64,000 nt of DNA from Octopus vulgaris (taxonomy: Eukaryota): the NCBI GenBank assembly GCA_951406725.2, contig OX597821.1:70866001-70930000 (forward strand), in the 5' to 3' direction. A program made the translations under genes and the position numbers. Positions within the stretch are counted from its first letter, which is position 1, and each line of letters opens with the position of its first letter. Shown here piece after piece: positions 12,906-27,994 of the stretch. A model generated the notes under the pieces. That model saw nothing but the letters and a program-made list of their open reading frames with translations. It was not told the DNA's origin and ran no database searches.

Positions 12906-14354
12906 AGAACAAGAAAGCATATTGCTAGAGGGAATGAACGATGTACCAATCTTTTAAATCGTGTAAGTTACCCTCATTTATGATCATTAATCTCAAAATC
13001 CTTCCAGAATCTCCCTCGTCTTTTATATATATACACACATCTCTCTTCGTTTCCCCGTGGGGCCGACGAATGAACCCTGAAGTCTCATTTGTCGTCAATG
13101 AGTTTATGTGCTTCGTGTCTAATTTTCGTGCGAGTTTACAAAAATTAACTCTTGTCTTTTTTCCGGTGTTTTTGACAAGAGCACCGTCTCATCTTGGTTG
13201 CCTGCCGCCAAGTTCGTCTCCCCTGACTCGGCATCCAGAAAGTAAAGGACTAGAACACTTATAACAAAACATTTTGTCCGACGCTCTAACGAGTCCGCCA
13301 CTCCATTCTCCTCTATTGTTATTCTATTCTATAGACTCCGATTGGATGAAAGTCGAAGTGAACTACGGCAGGATTTGAACTCAGGATCTAATGAATCAAA
13401 ACATTTTTACCACACGGCACTTTGTTCTACGCTCTAACAGTTCTCCTAATTCATTTTCTTAGGCACACTTTTACTCATCTGCAGATACAATCATGTCTGC
13501 CGATAAATAGAGAAGTTAAAGTATACAGATTTAATCACTCACGTAACTGCATCCGATCATACAAACGTATACACATACAAGCACACATACATACATAAGT
13601 ACATACATACACCCACTTATAGGTATGCAAATACATAGACATAAACATACATGCATGCACACACACACATATATATGTACGTACGGATGTACGACACGGT
13701 AACTGATGTTGTTGAAATTCTAATGAAGAGGCTCTCTTACTGGTCAAACGTCCGGTTTATTCTGTATAGGAAAGAAATTTAAAAAAACAAAACCATATGA
13801 ACATAATACACACATACATACCTGTACACCTGTATACATACATCTTTACTTATTATATACACTGCACCAGTAAATGTTAAGTGTTTTGGTCAAGGACGCA
13901 GCTAAGTGCCGGTGACCAACGGGATAAGAGCCAAGCATCGCATCCGCTTCCTACTCTCGACTAGCGGCGGAATACCCTCTCCGATGGAACGGGTTTGCAG
14001 CTCTAAGTAACATGTAACAGCTGCGAAACGCAATACTCGTCGGTTCACATTGTTTGATATTATCGTGTGGCCGTCAGCGAAATTGGTTGGATAAGGAGCC
14101 TCGAGTGTTGAAACCACTTTTTAACCCGGAGGTGTCCAGCGTGCGACAAATATTGCTTACAACTTGCAAGGAAGCTACTCGAAAGCTTTTCAACATTTCT
14201 CTATTGCTCATAAAAACTTATCTATCTAACCAGCGATCTCATTTACCTATTTATCTGTCTGTTTTATTTTTTAGTTATTTATTCATTTATATCTCTCTCC
14301 CTCTCTCGCTTTCTCTCTATCTATCACTCACTCTCTTCCTTTCTCTATCTCTCC

Positions 14355-14387
<33 letters not shown>

Positions 14388-14474
14388 CTCCCTCAGAGAA
14401 AGCAAGAAAGATAAATGAATATGTGTATATATGTATTTAAATGTATATACATCTATGCATATACACATACATAT

Positions 14475-14524
<50 letters not shown>

Positions 14525-14581
14525 ATATATACACACACATCTATAAATGCATGTATGTATATATATATGTATGCATATATA

Positions 14582-14629
<48 letters not shown>

Positions 14630-14694
14630 AATGTGTGTATGGATATATATCTATATCTATATCTATCTATCTATCAATCTATATATATATATAG

Positions 14695-14734
<40 letters not shown>

Positions 14735-14866
14735 GTATACATACACACAGATATACATTCGTACATATACACACACATATATATATATGAGTATCTAGCT
14801 AGATATTTATCTCTGCAGTTTATTTATGTCAATATTTATAGATCATATGTCGGTATATTGTATATA

Positions 14867-14957
<91 letters not shown>

Positions 14958-15359
14958 ATCCACTATTCGGACATTTTGAGTGTGTGTGTTTGTGTGTGTT
15001 CTCAGATATTTCGTTAATTTCAACCAAAGTCATGTTTCTTTGCCGCACAATCTTGCCCGCGTCTTTGCTGTCCGTTCTCAAGTATGTCATTATCTTACAT
15101 TCAATACAACTGATCAACAACAACAACAAAAGAAACTAACAAGAAAATGGCTCTTGACAGACACACACGCATACATTCATACACACATAGACAAATAGAC
15201 GCTCACTTACATACACACACACAGACAGATATATACACATAGGAGCAGTGGACATTCAAATAATCGAAAATTGTGATTTCGACATATATTTTGATATTTA
15301 TATATACACATACGTTCACACACTTATACATGAACACACACATTCAAACACAGGTATAT

Positions 15360-15400
<41 letters not shown>

Positions 15401-15466
15401 TGACGTATATAATTAAATATAAATTGTAATTAGACTTATATGTATATATAAACATACATATTCTTG

Positions 15467-15505
<39 letters not shown>

Positions 15506-15522
15506 ATCTATCTATCTATCTA

Positions 15523-15602
<80 letters not shown>

Positions 15603-15676
15603 TAAAAACACACACACACATATATATATATCTGCAGTGACTTATATAATTAAATATAAATTGAAATTAGACATAA

Positions 15677-15767
<91 letters not shown>

Positions 15768-15962
15768 TATATACATATATATATATATACTCACATGTAT
15801 TCGTATGTATGTTTATGTGTGTATACATATATGTATACATGCAGTTATATATAAAACATGTATATGTTGTGTATATACATATTTACGAGTATGTGTATGT
15901 ATTAAATATGCTATACTATGCATATTTATTTATGTATACTTGTATATGAATATATATATCTG

Positions 15963-15997
<35 letters not shown>

Positions 15998-16517
15998 GTG
16001 TACATAATCACACACACATACACACACAGAGCTATATTCACATAGAGATGCACAAATATATCCTTCTTTCACAATTTCGCCCTCTTCTTTCCTCCTTTTG
16101 TTTCTCTTTCTGTTTTTCTCTGTTTTCTCTCTTTTTCACTTAAACTTCCTTCTCGTATCTTTTGTTTTACACTCTTGTTCTCTCCACACCTCTCCATCTC
16201 CTTCTCCCCTTCTATGTCGATCCTCACACATCCATATAAAATGATTGTGTGTCTCTCTCTCTCTGTCTCTGTGTACTGATATATTAATATATCCGTATGT
16301 ATATTTTCCTTTTTTTGTCTTCTTTTCATTCTTTCATGTAATGGTTCCTATTTATTCAAGTGCGATGCCACTGTCCATTTTGGATAGATCTTTCGAGTTC
16401 TGGCAGCGAATCGGGGGAGGAAAAAAATAAAACCGACAATTGGAAAATGGTTGTCATGTAACATCTTAAAACAAAACGTGGACAGTCGTGACTAAAGTGA
16501 TGATAATGATGATGTTC

Positions 16518-16581
<64 letters not shown>

Positions 16582-16771
16582 GTAATAAAAATAGTAATAG
16601 TAATGGAAATGGAAATGCCTACGGCCGTTTTGTCCAGCCAAATATATACTGAACATTGAACTAAGAGGAACCAAAGCAGCTTGATACAGAGCATGAAGAG
16701 CCTCCGGGTCAATTCGAACCCCTTGCCGGATATGAATTTCCTTTTACAACTAATAATAATAATGATGGTAA

Positions 16772-16852
<81 letters not shown>

Positions 16853-16889
16853 AAGTAATAATAATAATATCAATAATAATAATAATAAC

Positions 16890-16951
<62 letters not shown>

Positions 16952-17397
16952 TTTAAAAAACATGGCGCCTGAGTGTACAAACGTAGCATTACTATCGCCA
17001 ACATCCTTTCCTCACCGTGTTCGTCATTAACAAGCCATCCGCCATCATTGCTATCGAATCGTTCAAATACTTACGACCGCCGAAAAAAAAGAAAAGAAAA
17101 GAAAAACACAAGTTCCGAACCAACGAGTGAGATTTATGTGGTCGCTCCATCGGCTAGAAATAGCAGCCGTTAATCTCCCTCAAATTACGCCATACTTCCA
17201 TTCAAGGCGGGACGATGAGAGGTACAATGTTTTATTTATATATTTTTTATGTCGTAGGTGGTCTGCTAGATCGAGCTTGACCGAGGACGAAACAACAACA
17301 GCAGCAACAACAAACACATAGCACCGTATCACTGCCACCTTCATTTCTCTCAACATACTGACAACTACATCTTTGCTGCAACCACATCATTACTTTA

Positions 17398-17630
17398 ACC
17401 ACCACCACCATCACCACCACCATCATCACCACCACCACCACCACCACCGCCATCACCATCACCACCACCACCACCACCACCTCCACCACCACTACCACTA
17501 CCACCATCACCACCACCACCACCACCACCACCATTACCACCACCACCACCATTACCATCACCACCACCATCACCACCACCATCACCACCACCACCACCAC
17601 AGTTCTTATAACCACAATCACCATCACCAG
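17398..17630. repeat. Imperfect (CAC/CAT)n trinucleotide repeat
   Basis: Directly visible. It produces the poly-His/Gly/Val ORFs. Confidence 0.9.
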
Positions 17631-17789
17631 CAGCATCGATGACAACATAACAATTACCACTCACAAACCATCATTATCACCATCATGTTTGCTTCTCTTT
17701 TTTTACTTGCTATGTCTGAAGGAAGAGGAAAGGCCCATGATCTTTGCGGAAGCTCCAAGATCGGAAAATGCTGTTAAATGACTGGTACT

Positions 17790-18040
17790 CCGTCGATTAC
17801 GATGAATAGTGTTCCAGTTGATTCAATCAACGGCAAAAGCTTGTTCATGAAATTAACGTGCAAGTGGTTGAGTACACCGCAGACATGCGTATCCTTAACT
17901 TAATTCTCAGAGAGATTCAGTGTGACACAAAATGTGACAAAGCTGGCCCTTTTGAATTACAAGCGCAACCCATTTTTGTTACCTGAGAGGACTCTTCAGC
18001 AACGTGAAATAAAGTGCCTTGCTCAAGGACACAACGTTCC
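17790..18040 (-). mobile_element. SINE (family B centre plus family D-type tail)
   Basis: TGAAATTAACGTGCAAGTGG...GATTCAGTGTGACACAAAATGTGACAAAGCTGGCCC...AAATAAAGTGCCTTGCTCAAGGACACAAC, homologous to 32835-33125 and 38530-38700. Confidence 0.75.
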
Positions 18041-18099
18041 ACTGGGGAAAGGCCCTTGCTGGGATGCGGCAAAGGATTTCTGAGTCTGTAGTACCAATG

Positions 18100-19400
18100 C
18101 CCTGCCAGTGAGGGTGCATTGTCGACCTCGATAGGGATTTGTAGTATGTGAGTAGCTGTTGGAAACGGAAATATTTCTTGGTTTTGAAGGAAAGAGCAAG
18201 TCATTGAGAAACGAGTCTAGCTATATTATGGGGTGCTCCCGGCAGGAGAAATCTTTGATGATAGAAAGGTCTAGCATTGAAGCGACCCACGAGGGGCCTA
18301 GCTAAGTACCGCTCAAGTTTAGTGGGGATGTGACGCGTTAGAGTTTTTTTCCTATGAGTAATGCCTGAGTTTTATCACAGTTAAAAAAGATGAAGTTAGT
18401 TTGGTCCCACCAGGATGCGTTTAGGAGATCAGTTCCGGTTTAGCATGTCATGTCTAGGATATGTGTGGGTGATGCATAGTCCAGGAAGGTTAGGGTGGAA
18501 TGAAGAGTCGTATAAGTTGCATAAGAGTGGAGCGATGTGGATGTGGCGGGTCATAGGTTATTGATGTATTTAAGGAAGAGAGTTGAGGTATATCAGAGTT
18601 CATTGAAATAATCTCCGTCAACACATATCTGGGGTCTGATGGGAAGCTACCGATGAGAGACGGATGGCGCCCGTAGGCGAGAGGTTTTGACAGAATATCC
18701 GAAGGCCAGAGAAGGTCAACTACTTTGCTAATGTCCAAAGCAACAGCGTTGCTTTCACCGAACTTCTCTGAAGCGAGATCCTACAACTGAGTGACATAGA
18801 AAGTAGATGACCTGACTCTGAGGTAAGGAAGAGAATTTCAAAGTGTTGAAGGTAGTCATCGGGAATAGCTGTCTCCATTGCCTTGAAGATGTTACAAGTG
18901 GAAGCAAATCAATAATCCGAACGATTAATTTGAGTAACGCACTTCATCCGCTGCTCAGTTTATCCCCCTTACTTGGTACCTCCTCAGTTTATCCCCCTTA
19001 CTTGGTACCTCCTCAGTTTATCCCCCTTACCTGGTACCTCCTCAGTTTATCCCCCTTACCTGGTACCTCCTCAGTTTATCACCCTTAAATGGTACCTCCT
19101 CATTTTATCACCCTTACCTGGTACTTCCACAGTTTATCACCCCTACCTGGTACCTCCTCTAACTTTAACAGATTCTATTTTGCTCTATTCAGACGAGGTC
19201 TCCGATTTGAAGATAACAGCATCTTTCCCTTATCCTTCCTGTAGTCCTTATAAAGAGCCATAGACAATGGTTTCGCTCCTGGCTTGAAGATAACACTAAC
19301 GTTAGTCCAACTGTCAACGCCGCTGCCCAGGATACGCATGTCTGTGGGATAATCAATCATTTGTGCATTAATTTCTTAAATATGTAGTTCAGTTGTTTAA
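18100..19400 (-). pseudogene. Decayed CR1/L2/Jockey-type LINE reverse transcriptase
   Basis: Minus strand gives (VP)..KGD, then SKAMETA, then YVTQL*DLASEKFGESNAVALDISKVVD (the ALDISKAFD motif of RT domain 3). Heavily disrupted. Confidence 0.65.
18952..19158. repeat. 29-bp minisatellite, about 7 copies
   Basis: Unit CCTCCTCAGTTTATCCCCCTTACCTGGTA. Confidence 0.92.
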
Positions 19401-20361
19401 ACAACTAAATGTTCGTCGTCGAGATCGACGGAGAATCCACCAGCTTTATGCCTGAAAATAATACGGATGGTCGAAGATGGAAGTGGAGTCGACAAAATAT
19501 CTGTCAAGTTTTGAGATTGATTAAAACGATTATTGTTGTTCTGTAACTGGGGCGAGATTGTGAAAGAGTCAGAAAGTAGAGATTCTGTTATCAGAGTCAG
19601 AAGGTCCAGAACACATTCACAAGGCGTCCTGTGCGATGCCCTACTGACTCTACCAATGTAACGGCCTGGCTAGTTTATTTATCGACTCCTAAAGGATGAA
19701 ATGTGAAGTTGACATCGGCAGGAATTGAACTCAGAGAGCAAATAGCCGGAACAAATGTTACAAGTCCTTCCATCCGATGCTCCAGTGACTCGGCTAAGTT
19801 CATTGTCCTTAATATTCTCATATTGTATCTTTTATTTCATTTTCGACAACTGACCCAAAATTTATCTTTCATCATTCAGGAACCATAAACTGAAGGACCG
19901 ATCAAGTACCGAAGATCGATGGAACCAATCAGATCCGCGCAACCAACCAAACCTTCGATCTGTGGCAGTGGCCATCTTGAATAAATGACTATTATTATTG
20001 TTGCCGGAGTATTTATAGATGGCTCTTGTCATCGTCCTTTAATAATTCAGTTAGGAATCATCAACATCACCATCACTACAACCTACATCATCATCATCAT
20101 GATCATCATCGTCGTCGTCGTCGTCGTCGTCGTCATCATCATCATCATCATTGTAACGTTTGTCAATACAAGAAAATTACATGTTTCCTTAATTATTCAT
20201 TTAATTATTTATCTATTTATTTATTTATTTGTTTTTTTCAATTTGTTTATACGTTTATCAAAACCAACAAATATTTTAACAATGGCGAAAACATGAACAA
20301 AGAAACTTAATCAGAAATATCATAATATACAATAAAAACTAACACGGTAACGACAACAACA

Positions 20362-20441
<80 letters not shown>

Positions 20442-20556
20442 GGCTCCATTAATAATTATAACAACAATAATAATAAAATGATGATCATGATGATCATGAT
20501 GATGCAAAGCGCCGTTAACTGCTTACAAGGAAACAAAATAAAGGGACACAGTGAAT

Positions 20557-20656
<100 letters not shown>

Positions 20657-20721
20657 CGTATGTATGTATGTATATATGTATTCACACACACACGCATATA
20701 TCCATATACATACATACATAC

Positions 20722-20756
<35 letters not shown>

Positions 20757-20966
20757 TATATAGACATACATATGTGCGTACATACATTCATACATACATA
20801 CATACATACGTGTGTATATATATATATATATACATACATATATACAACATTCTAATGAATTACATAAACAAAAAATATAATCCTATACGAAATACAAAGC
20901 ATAAAACTCACACAACACAATAACATCCAGTTTTGTGAATATACGTGTGAATATACAAACATATGC

Positions 20967-21010
<44 letters not shown>

Positions 21011-21313
21011 TATTTATATATATATAGCTATTTATATATATATATATAGCTATTTATATATACTTATATATGTATATATAGATATAGAATATGTACATAC
21101 ATGTGTATGTGTATGTGTGTGTGTACGTAAATGTAAGTATGCGTATAAAATATATTTGTATATAAAACGATACTTGAATAATGAATAAGAGACAATCAAA
21201 TCTCTATAGAGTTTCGTCCAATTATCTTCTAACCTCAACAAAACAAATTTATTCGCATCCTTTAACAAATATGTGTGTGGGAGTGTGTATATATATACAT
21301 ATATATATCTGTG

Positions 21314-21400
<87 letters not shown>

Positions 21401-21805
21401 TATATATACATGTATATTTACATATATATATATATATATATATACACACGTTTATAAGTATATACACACATATATACGTGTGTGTGCGTGCGCACGTATG
21501 TGTGTATGTATATATTTATTTATATACCAATACATATACATATATACACGTATATACATATGTATTTGCATACATACATAAGTACACATATATAAATACA
21601 TATACATGCGTTCATGTATTTATATATACATAAATATACAAAGACAGATGTGCGTATATATATACATATGCCTATATATTTATACAGATATGCGTATTAA
21701 ATACTTCTGTGCATATGTATATATACATAGACGTGTATATATATATATGTATATATATATGCATATACATATGTATATATATATATATATGTACATATGT
21801 ATATA

Positions 21806-21846
<41 letters not shown>

Positions 21847-22268
21847 TTGTGAGTGTGTGTGCGGGAATATATGTGCGCCTGTATGCCTATGTGCGTGTTT
21901 ATCTATAAATATATATATATATATACACACGTGTGTGTGTGTGCATGAATATATATGTGTTTCTGTATGCTTATGTGTGTTTGTATATAATTACGTTCAA
22001 GCTTCCAGGTATCTGCTTTTTTCGTCTTCTTTCCGTATTTCCGCCATCTTTCTAATTTTCAATTCTCATAATGACCATTCGCATAGAAACTATTGTGCTT
22101 TGCTTGACTTCTTTTGCAATTGTTGATAACACAGCTCCGAGCGAACATTGCACCATTTATAAGGCTGACGGAAAGGTCATTGCACACAGAGATTAATATG
22201 TATACATATACATTATTCACAAACATACACACACACACATGCACATTCACACACTAAGATATATATAT

Positions 22269-22381
<113 letters not shown>

Positions 22382-22569
22382 TATATTTATTCATTTATTT
22401 TTTTTAGTTATACACACATACATACATGCATATATATATTCATACATATATATATACATACACACATACATACATATATACATACATATATATAAACATA
22501 CACGTTTTACATGTGTGTACGTATGTATGTATTTGCAGATAAGTAGATGGATACATTTGTAGACCGATA

Positions 22570-22570
22570 A

Positions 22571-22660
<90 letters not shown>
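22570..22660. repeat. (GATA)n microsatellite
   Basis: Directly visible. Confidence 0.95.
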
Positions 22661-22662
<2 letters not shown>

Positions 22663-22684
22663 ACAGGTACAATAGGTACATACA

Positions 22685-22717
<33 letters not shown>

Positions 22718-22963
22718 CGTTGGAGCGACAGAGAGGCAGTGTTTTAAACAGAAAGCGCAACTATCTTATTTTCTGCTCGTGTGTCTCTTTCATAACAGCC
22801 TCTCACTTTCTCTCACATCTTCTTTCTCCGTCGCTCTGAAGCTATATATCTATTTATCGATCTATTTACCAATGCATATACGTTTGGAAGTATATGTGCG
22901 CGTAATTCTATACACCCCACAAACACACATATATTGATATGTATACTAATATATATAAATGCA

Positions 22964-23020
<57 letters not shown>

Positions 23021-23271
23021 ATCGATATATATGTACGTACGTCTTCTTTGCCTTTCTCCTTCATCATCGCTTGACAAACAATGTTTTACTTGTTCTATGT
23101 CCCAGTAAATTAGCGGTTCAGCAAAAGAGATCGATACAGTAAGTACCAAACTAAGAAATAAGTTCTAGAATCGATTTCTTAGACTGAAACCTTCAAAGTG
23201 GCGCCCCAGCACGACTGAAGACACTCATTGAATTAAGTCAACAACAATATATATGTGCGTTGTGTATGCAT

Positions 23272-23341
<70 letters not shown>

Positions 23342-23502
23342 GTATGTATATATATATGCCCTTAATATAAATACATAAATATATTTGAAGGGAATAATTA
23401 ATTAAATTAATATATTTTCCCTTATGAAGTTTATCACACTAACTACTTGAAAATTTCTTATAAAGATTTTATCCTATTTTTAAATTGTATATATGCATAT
23501 AC

Positions 23503-23599
<97 letters not shown>

Positions 23600-23667
23600 T
23601 ATGTATATATATAAATATATATATATATATGTATGTATGTATGAATGTATGTATGTATGTATGTATG

Positions 23668-23719
<52 letters not shown>

Positions 23720-23756
23720 TATATACATATACACACATCCATGCATTCATATATAT

Positions 23757-23960
23757 ACATTATTTATATTATATACATTGGACGGATATGTGTCCTCATC
23801 TTTTTTGTTGCTACCAGGGTTCAAAATTCCCTCAGGACCCCTGATGAAGGTGGGGGAGTATATTAGCCGAAACGTTACAGAAGCAACAAACAAGATGAGG
23901 ACGCATATTCGTCGTCCAATGTAAATAATGTACAGAATCTCTCATCTCTAAAATACAGAA
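23757..23960 (+). mobile_element. Short Penelope-like derived element with inverted arms and decayed hammerhead core, in (TA)n
   Basis: ACATT..TACATTGGACGGATATGTGTCCTCATCTTTTTTGTTGCT is inverted relative to AGCAACAAACAAGATGAGGACGCATATTCGTCGTCCAATGTAAATAATGT. Between them: CTGATGA-A-GG..CC-GAAACGTT (23841-23876). Confidence 0.65.
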
Positions 23961-24440
23961 CATGTATATATACGTACACGCATGTGCATGTCTCTGGATG
24001 TGTGTACACGTGTATGTCGTGGGTGACGGTAGATTCCTGATGTTTCGGCCACACCATGAGTTGTTAAAAATAATTCCTATATAATTATAGTAAGATACAT
24101 ACATATGTGTGTGTGTGTGTGTGTTTTATAACGCATAAGGTCAAGAGATGAAACCAGATTATTCCACCGGCTTACTACCGTTTCGTAAGCTTCGGCATGT
24201 AATTAATTAATTTCTGTATGCAAAGAAATTGAAGAAATTATATGACCATGTTTGCACCAATGTTTGTGATGTGCTTTATACTCTACAATTCAATATTCAC
24301 AAACGGACGCAATTAAAAAAGCGAACTCATTCGGGCGCCACTACAAACATGGTTACATCTAAGATTCAACTCAGAGCTGATCAATTTGAATATTTATGTT
24401 TCTGTCATTATTTCATCTTCTATTTGCATTTGTATTTCCG

Positions 24441-24545
<105 letters not shown>

Positions 24546-24896
24546 CTTCCGTGCAGTGTATGTGTCCTCTCTTCGAAACTGGCAAGCATTTTTAGTTTTC
24601 TAATTGATACTGTTTCTTTAGGGTAGAGAATAATTGAGAAAAATCAAATTGATTTGAACAGGGCCATCACCAACTTGCATCAACATACATCAACAACGGT
24701 GATGGTTGCAACAGCGGACAAGCGTGATACAGCGAGGTTTGGAAGTAGAAACGGTTCAAAGGGAGGCACTGGGAATTTATCATAACTAGAGCCGCTAACG
24801 ACAACAACAAAAACAACCACAAAATAATCTACACTGTAAAGCAAATATAAGGATAACGGGATAATATTCACTACAATGGTAATTATTTCTTTTTAA

Positions 24897-24951
<55 letters not shown>

Positions 24952-24978
24952 GTAATAGTAATAATAATAATAATAGTA

Positions 24979-25054
<76 letters not shown>

Positions 25055-25087
25055 CAACAACAACAATAATAATGATGATGATGATGT

Positions 25088-25712
25088 GTGGTGAGAGGTT
25101 GAAACGTTATGGCACATCGTTAGCGAATGCCCGAAATTGGCATAACGCGGATACAAAAGCTCCATGACAATGTGGCAAGAATGATCGTGTAGGATCTCTG
25201 TGGAAATCACGGCCTACAGAGAACAAGAGCGTGGTATGAGAAAACTCCAGAAGGAATCACTGAGAATGAGAATTGCAAAAACCTTGTGGAATGCAATGAT
25301 TTGGTGCGATCGCCTGACCAGAACATTGTGGTAGTGAATAAAAAAGAAAGGACATGCCCCGGTGACAACAAGATCGATGTGATAGAAGAAGAAAAAATAA
25401 ACAACTATGACGATTTGAGGTGGGAAATACGAAGATTGTGGTCAATGAGGAGAGTAGACGAAATGCCAGAAGTAATTGGCGCACTTGGAAGTATCAGCAC
25501 TGAACTACCAGCATGGCTGAAAAAGATTGGTGCAAGGGTGAAGGGAGAACACTTACAAAAATCAGCATTGCTTGGAACTGCAAGAATTCTTCGCAGGGTT
25601 CTTGAAGCATGATCAATCAGTAAACAAGTGTCACCTTAGTCTGCGAGTTGTGGACAGCTGACACTTTCCATCATATCCAGCAAAGTAAGCTATGCGTTTT
25701 CATCACAAAACA
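25088..25712 (+). pseudogene. R4/Dong-type LINE 3' fragment (CCHC plus RLE plus 3'UTR) in (TAA)n
   Basis: ETLWHIVSECPKLA, ..NIVVVNKKERTC..EIRRLWSMRRV..VIGALGSI..LQKSALLGTARILRRVLEA*. Flanked on both sides by (AAT)n. Confidence 0.88.
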
Positions 25713-25727
25713 ATAATAATAATAATA

Positions 25728-25940
25728 ATCCTTTCTCCTAAAGGCACAAAGCCTGAAATTTGAGGAAAGGGCTTAAGTCGATTACACCGACCCTAGTGTT
25801 TCACTGGTATTTAATTTATCGACCCCTAAAGAATGAAAGGCAAAGTCGACTTCGGCAGAATTTGAACTCTGAACATAAAGGCGGACAAAATGCCGCTAAG
25901 TATTTTGCCCGGCATGATAACGATATTACCAGCTCGCCTG
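25728..25940 (-). mobile_element. SINE family A, near full length, between (TAA)n arrays
   Basis: CCTTTCTCCTAAAGGCACAAAGCCTG...GGCAAAGTCGACTTCGGCAGAATTTGAACTC...CCAGCTCGCC. Confidence 0.85.
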
Positions 25941-26081
<141 letters not shown>

Positions 26082-26230
26082 TCTTGATATGAGATCACCA
26101 TGTCGCGCACATATGGTTGTGATGCATGTGCCTGGTGTACCCTTATCAGACGGGTAGTCATGATGGGTATACTGGGCTTCGTACATTTTACCCCAGTGTC
26201 ACTTTGATGGCATGCTCTGCTCGCTCACTC
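26082..26230 (+). repeat. Dispersed repeat, probable LINE 3'UTR, ending in (AAT)n
   Basis: TCTTGATATGAGATCACCATGTCGCGCACATATGGTTGTGATGCATGTG is homologous to 31457-31527. Confidence 0.6.
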
Positions 26231-26252
26231 AATAATAATAATAATAATGATG

Positions 26253-26341
<89 letters not shown>

Positions 26342-26389
26342 AAGAAGAAGAAGAAGAAGAAAAACAACAACAACAACAACAACAACAAC

Positions 26390-26434
<45 letters not shown>

Positions 26435-26815
26435 TGCTTACTTATCGACCCCTCATGCCCGTTTGATTCCAAGATCGTAAAGAAAGAGGATGAAAAACAA
26501 AAAAGATTACAATCTCTTAAAATTTGATGTAGGAAGAATTTGGAGCGTGCGAACAGTATAGGTCGTGCCTATGATAAATGATGCGTAGGGAACAGTAAGC
26601 CAAGCTATAGACAAATGGCTGAAGGGGATTGGAAGAGAATGTCCGGTAGAGCTCCTACACAGAGTTTGTCTCTTAGGGACAGCAAGGATTATGAGGAGGG
26701 TCCTAAGCACTTGAAAGACTGCTAAAAACTTGTGGGTACCTAAGGTTACAGGTAGTAACCCGCTACCCACATAATTCCCACAAGGAATAAGACCGAACCT
26801 GAACCAAACCAAAAT
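26435..26815 (+). pseudogene. R4/Dong-type LINE 3' fragment (RLE C-terminus plus 3'UTR)
   Basis: CLLIDPSCPFDSKIVKKEDEK..., ELLHRVCLLGTARIMRRVLST*. Flanked by (AAT)n. Confidence 0.85.
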
Positions 26816-26929
26816 AATAATAATAATTAATAAATTTCAAATTTTGGCAGAAGGCCAGCAATTTCGCGGGATGGGTAAATCGATTACATCGATTCCAGTG
26901 CTTGGAATTTTATCGGAATGATGAAAGGC

Positions 26930-26965
<36 letters not shown>

Positions 26966-26968
<3 letters not shown>

Positions 26969-27487
26969 GGTGAGTCAAAAAGTAATGCCATTTTGTTTAG
27001 GACAAGTATAATTACCAACACAGGAGCATACATCAAAATGAAGCTGGTCCTCTGTGAATCACATCCCTACTTCTGAACAGCAATGTTCCACCTTCGAATG
27101 AGTGTATGTATCCCTGCCCCATAAAATTCTGTTAACTGTTCTTAGACCCACTTCTTCACTACAGTTTTCACTTCCTCGTCACTGGACAAACATTGTCACT
27201 GGATTATCATCTCTTCGGCCCCATGAATGAGGGTTTGAGAGGCAAACATTATTCCAGTGACGAGGAAGTGAAGACTGTAGTGATGAAGTAACTCAAATTT
27301 TACGGGGCAGGGATACATGCTTTCATTCAAAGGTGGAACGTTGCTACTGAGAGAAACGGTGACTATGTTGTGAAGTAGGGATGTGATCCACAGAGGACCA
27401 GGTTCATTTTGATGTATGATACATGTTCCTGTGTTGGTAATTATACCTATCCTAAACAAAATGGCATTACTTTTTGACTCACCCTCG
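26966..27487. mobile_element. Mariner-derived MITE made of two inverted 3' ends
   Basis: Terminal GAGGGTGAGTCAAAAAGTAATGCCATTTTGTTTAGGA and its reverse complement, TA-flanked, with inverted arms of about 220 bp. The right part encodes DYHLFGPMNEGLRGKHYSSDEEVKTVV..FYGAGIHAFIQRWN..RNGDYV, a mariner transposase C-terminus. Confidence 0.88.
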
Positions 27488-27527
27488 TATATATTAATGT
27501 GTGTGTTTGTGAGTGTGTGTGTGTGTT

Positions 27528-27618
<91 letters not shown>

Positions 27619-27789
27619 ATATACCTATGAATATATACACATCTGGCACTATGTATTTGTTCTTGAGAAGTTCTAATGGTTAATTTTTACCGCTGTCCAC
27701 CTGATAATACTGGGTAGAATTTTGCATGTTATAACATCTGTTTATCAATAAAAATACGTCTGAAATAGGTGCAGTGCATCAACATCTGT

Positions 27790-27891
<102 letters not shown>

Positions 27892-27994
27892 TATATATAT
27901 AAATATATATGTGTGTGTATGTATATGTATATATATTATATATATTACATATTATATATGTATATGTATACACACACACACACACACACATAAT

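Noticed and set aside
17258-17321. Possible splice acceptor plus short terminal exon (WSARSSLTEDETTTAATTNT*), including a GAGGACGAAAC motif
   Set aside because: No recognisable homology or partner exon, and no CUGANGA for a ribozyme.
18952-19158. CRISPR-like 29-bp repeats
   Set aside because: The units are contiguous with no spacers, in a eukaryotic context with no cas genes.
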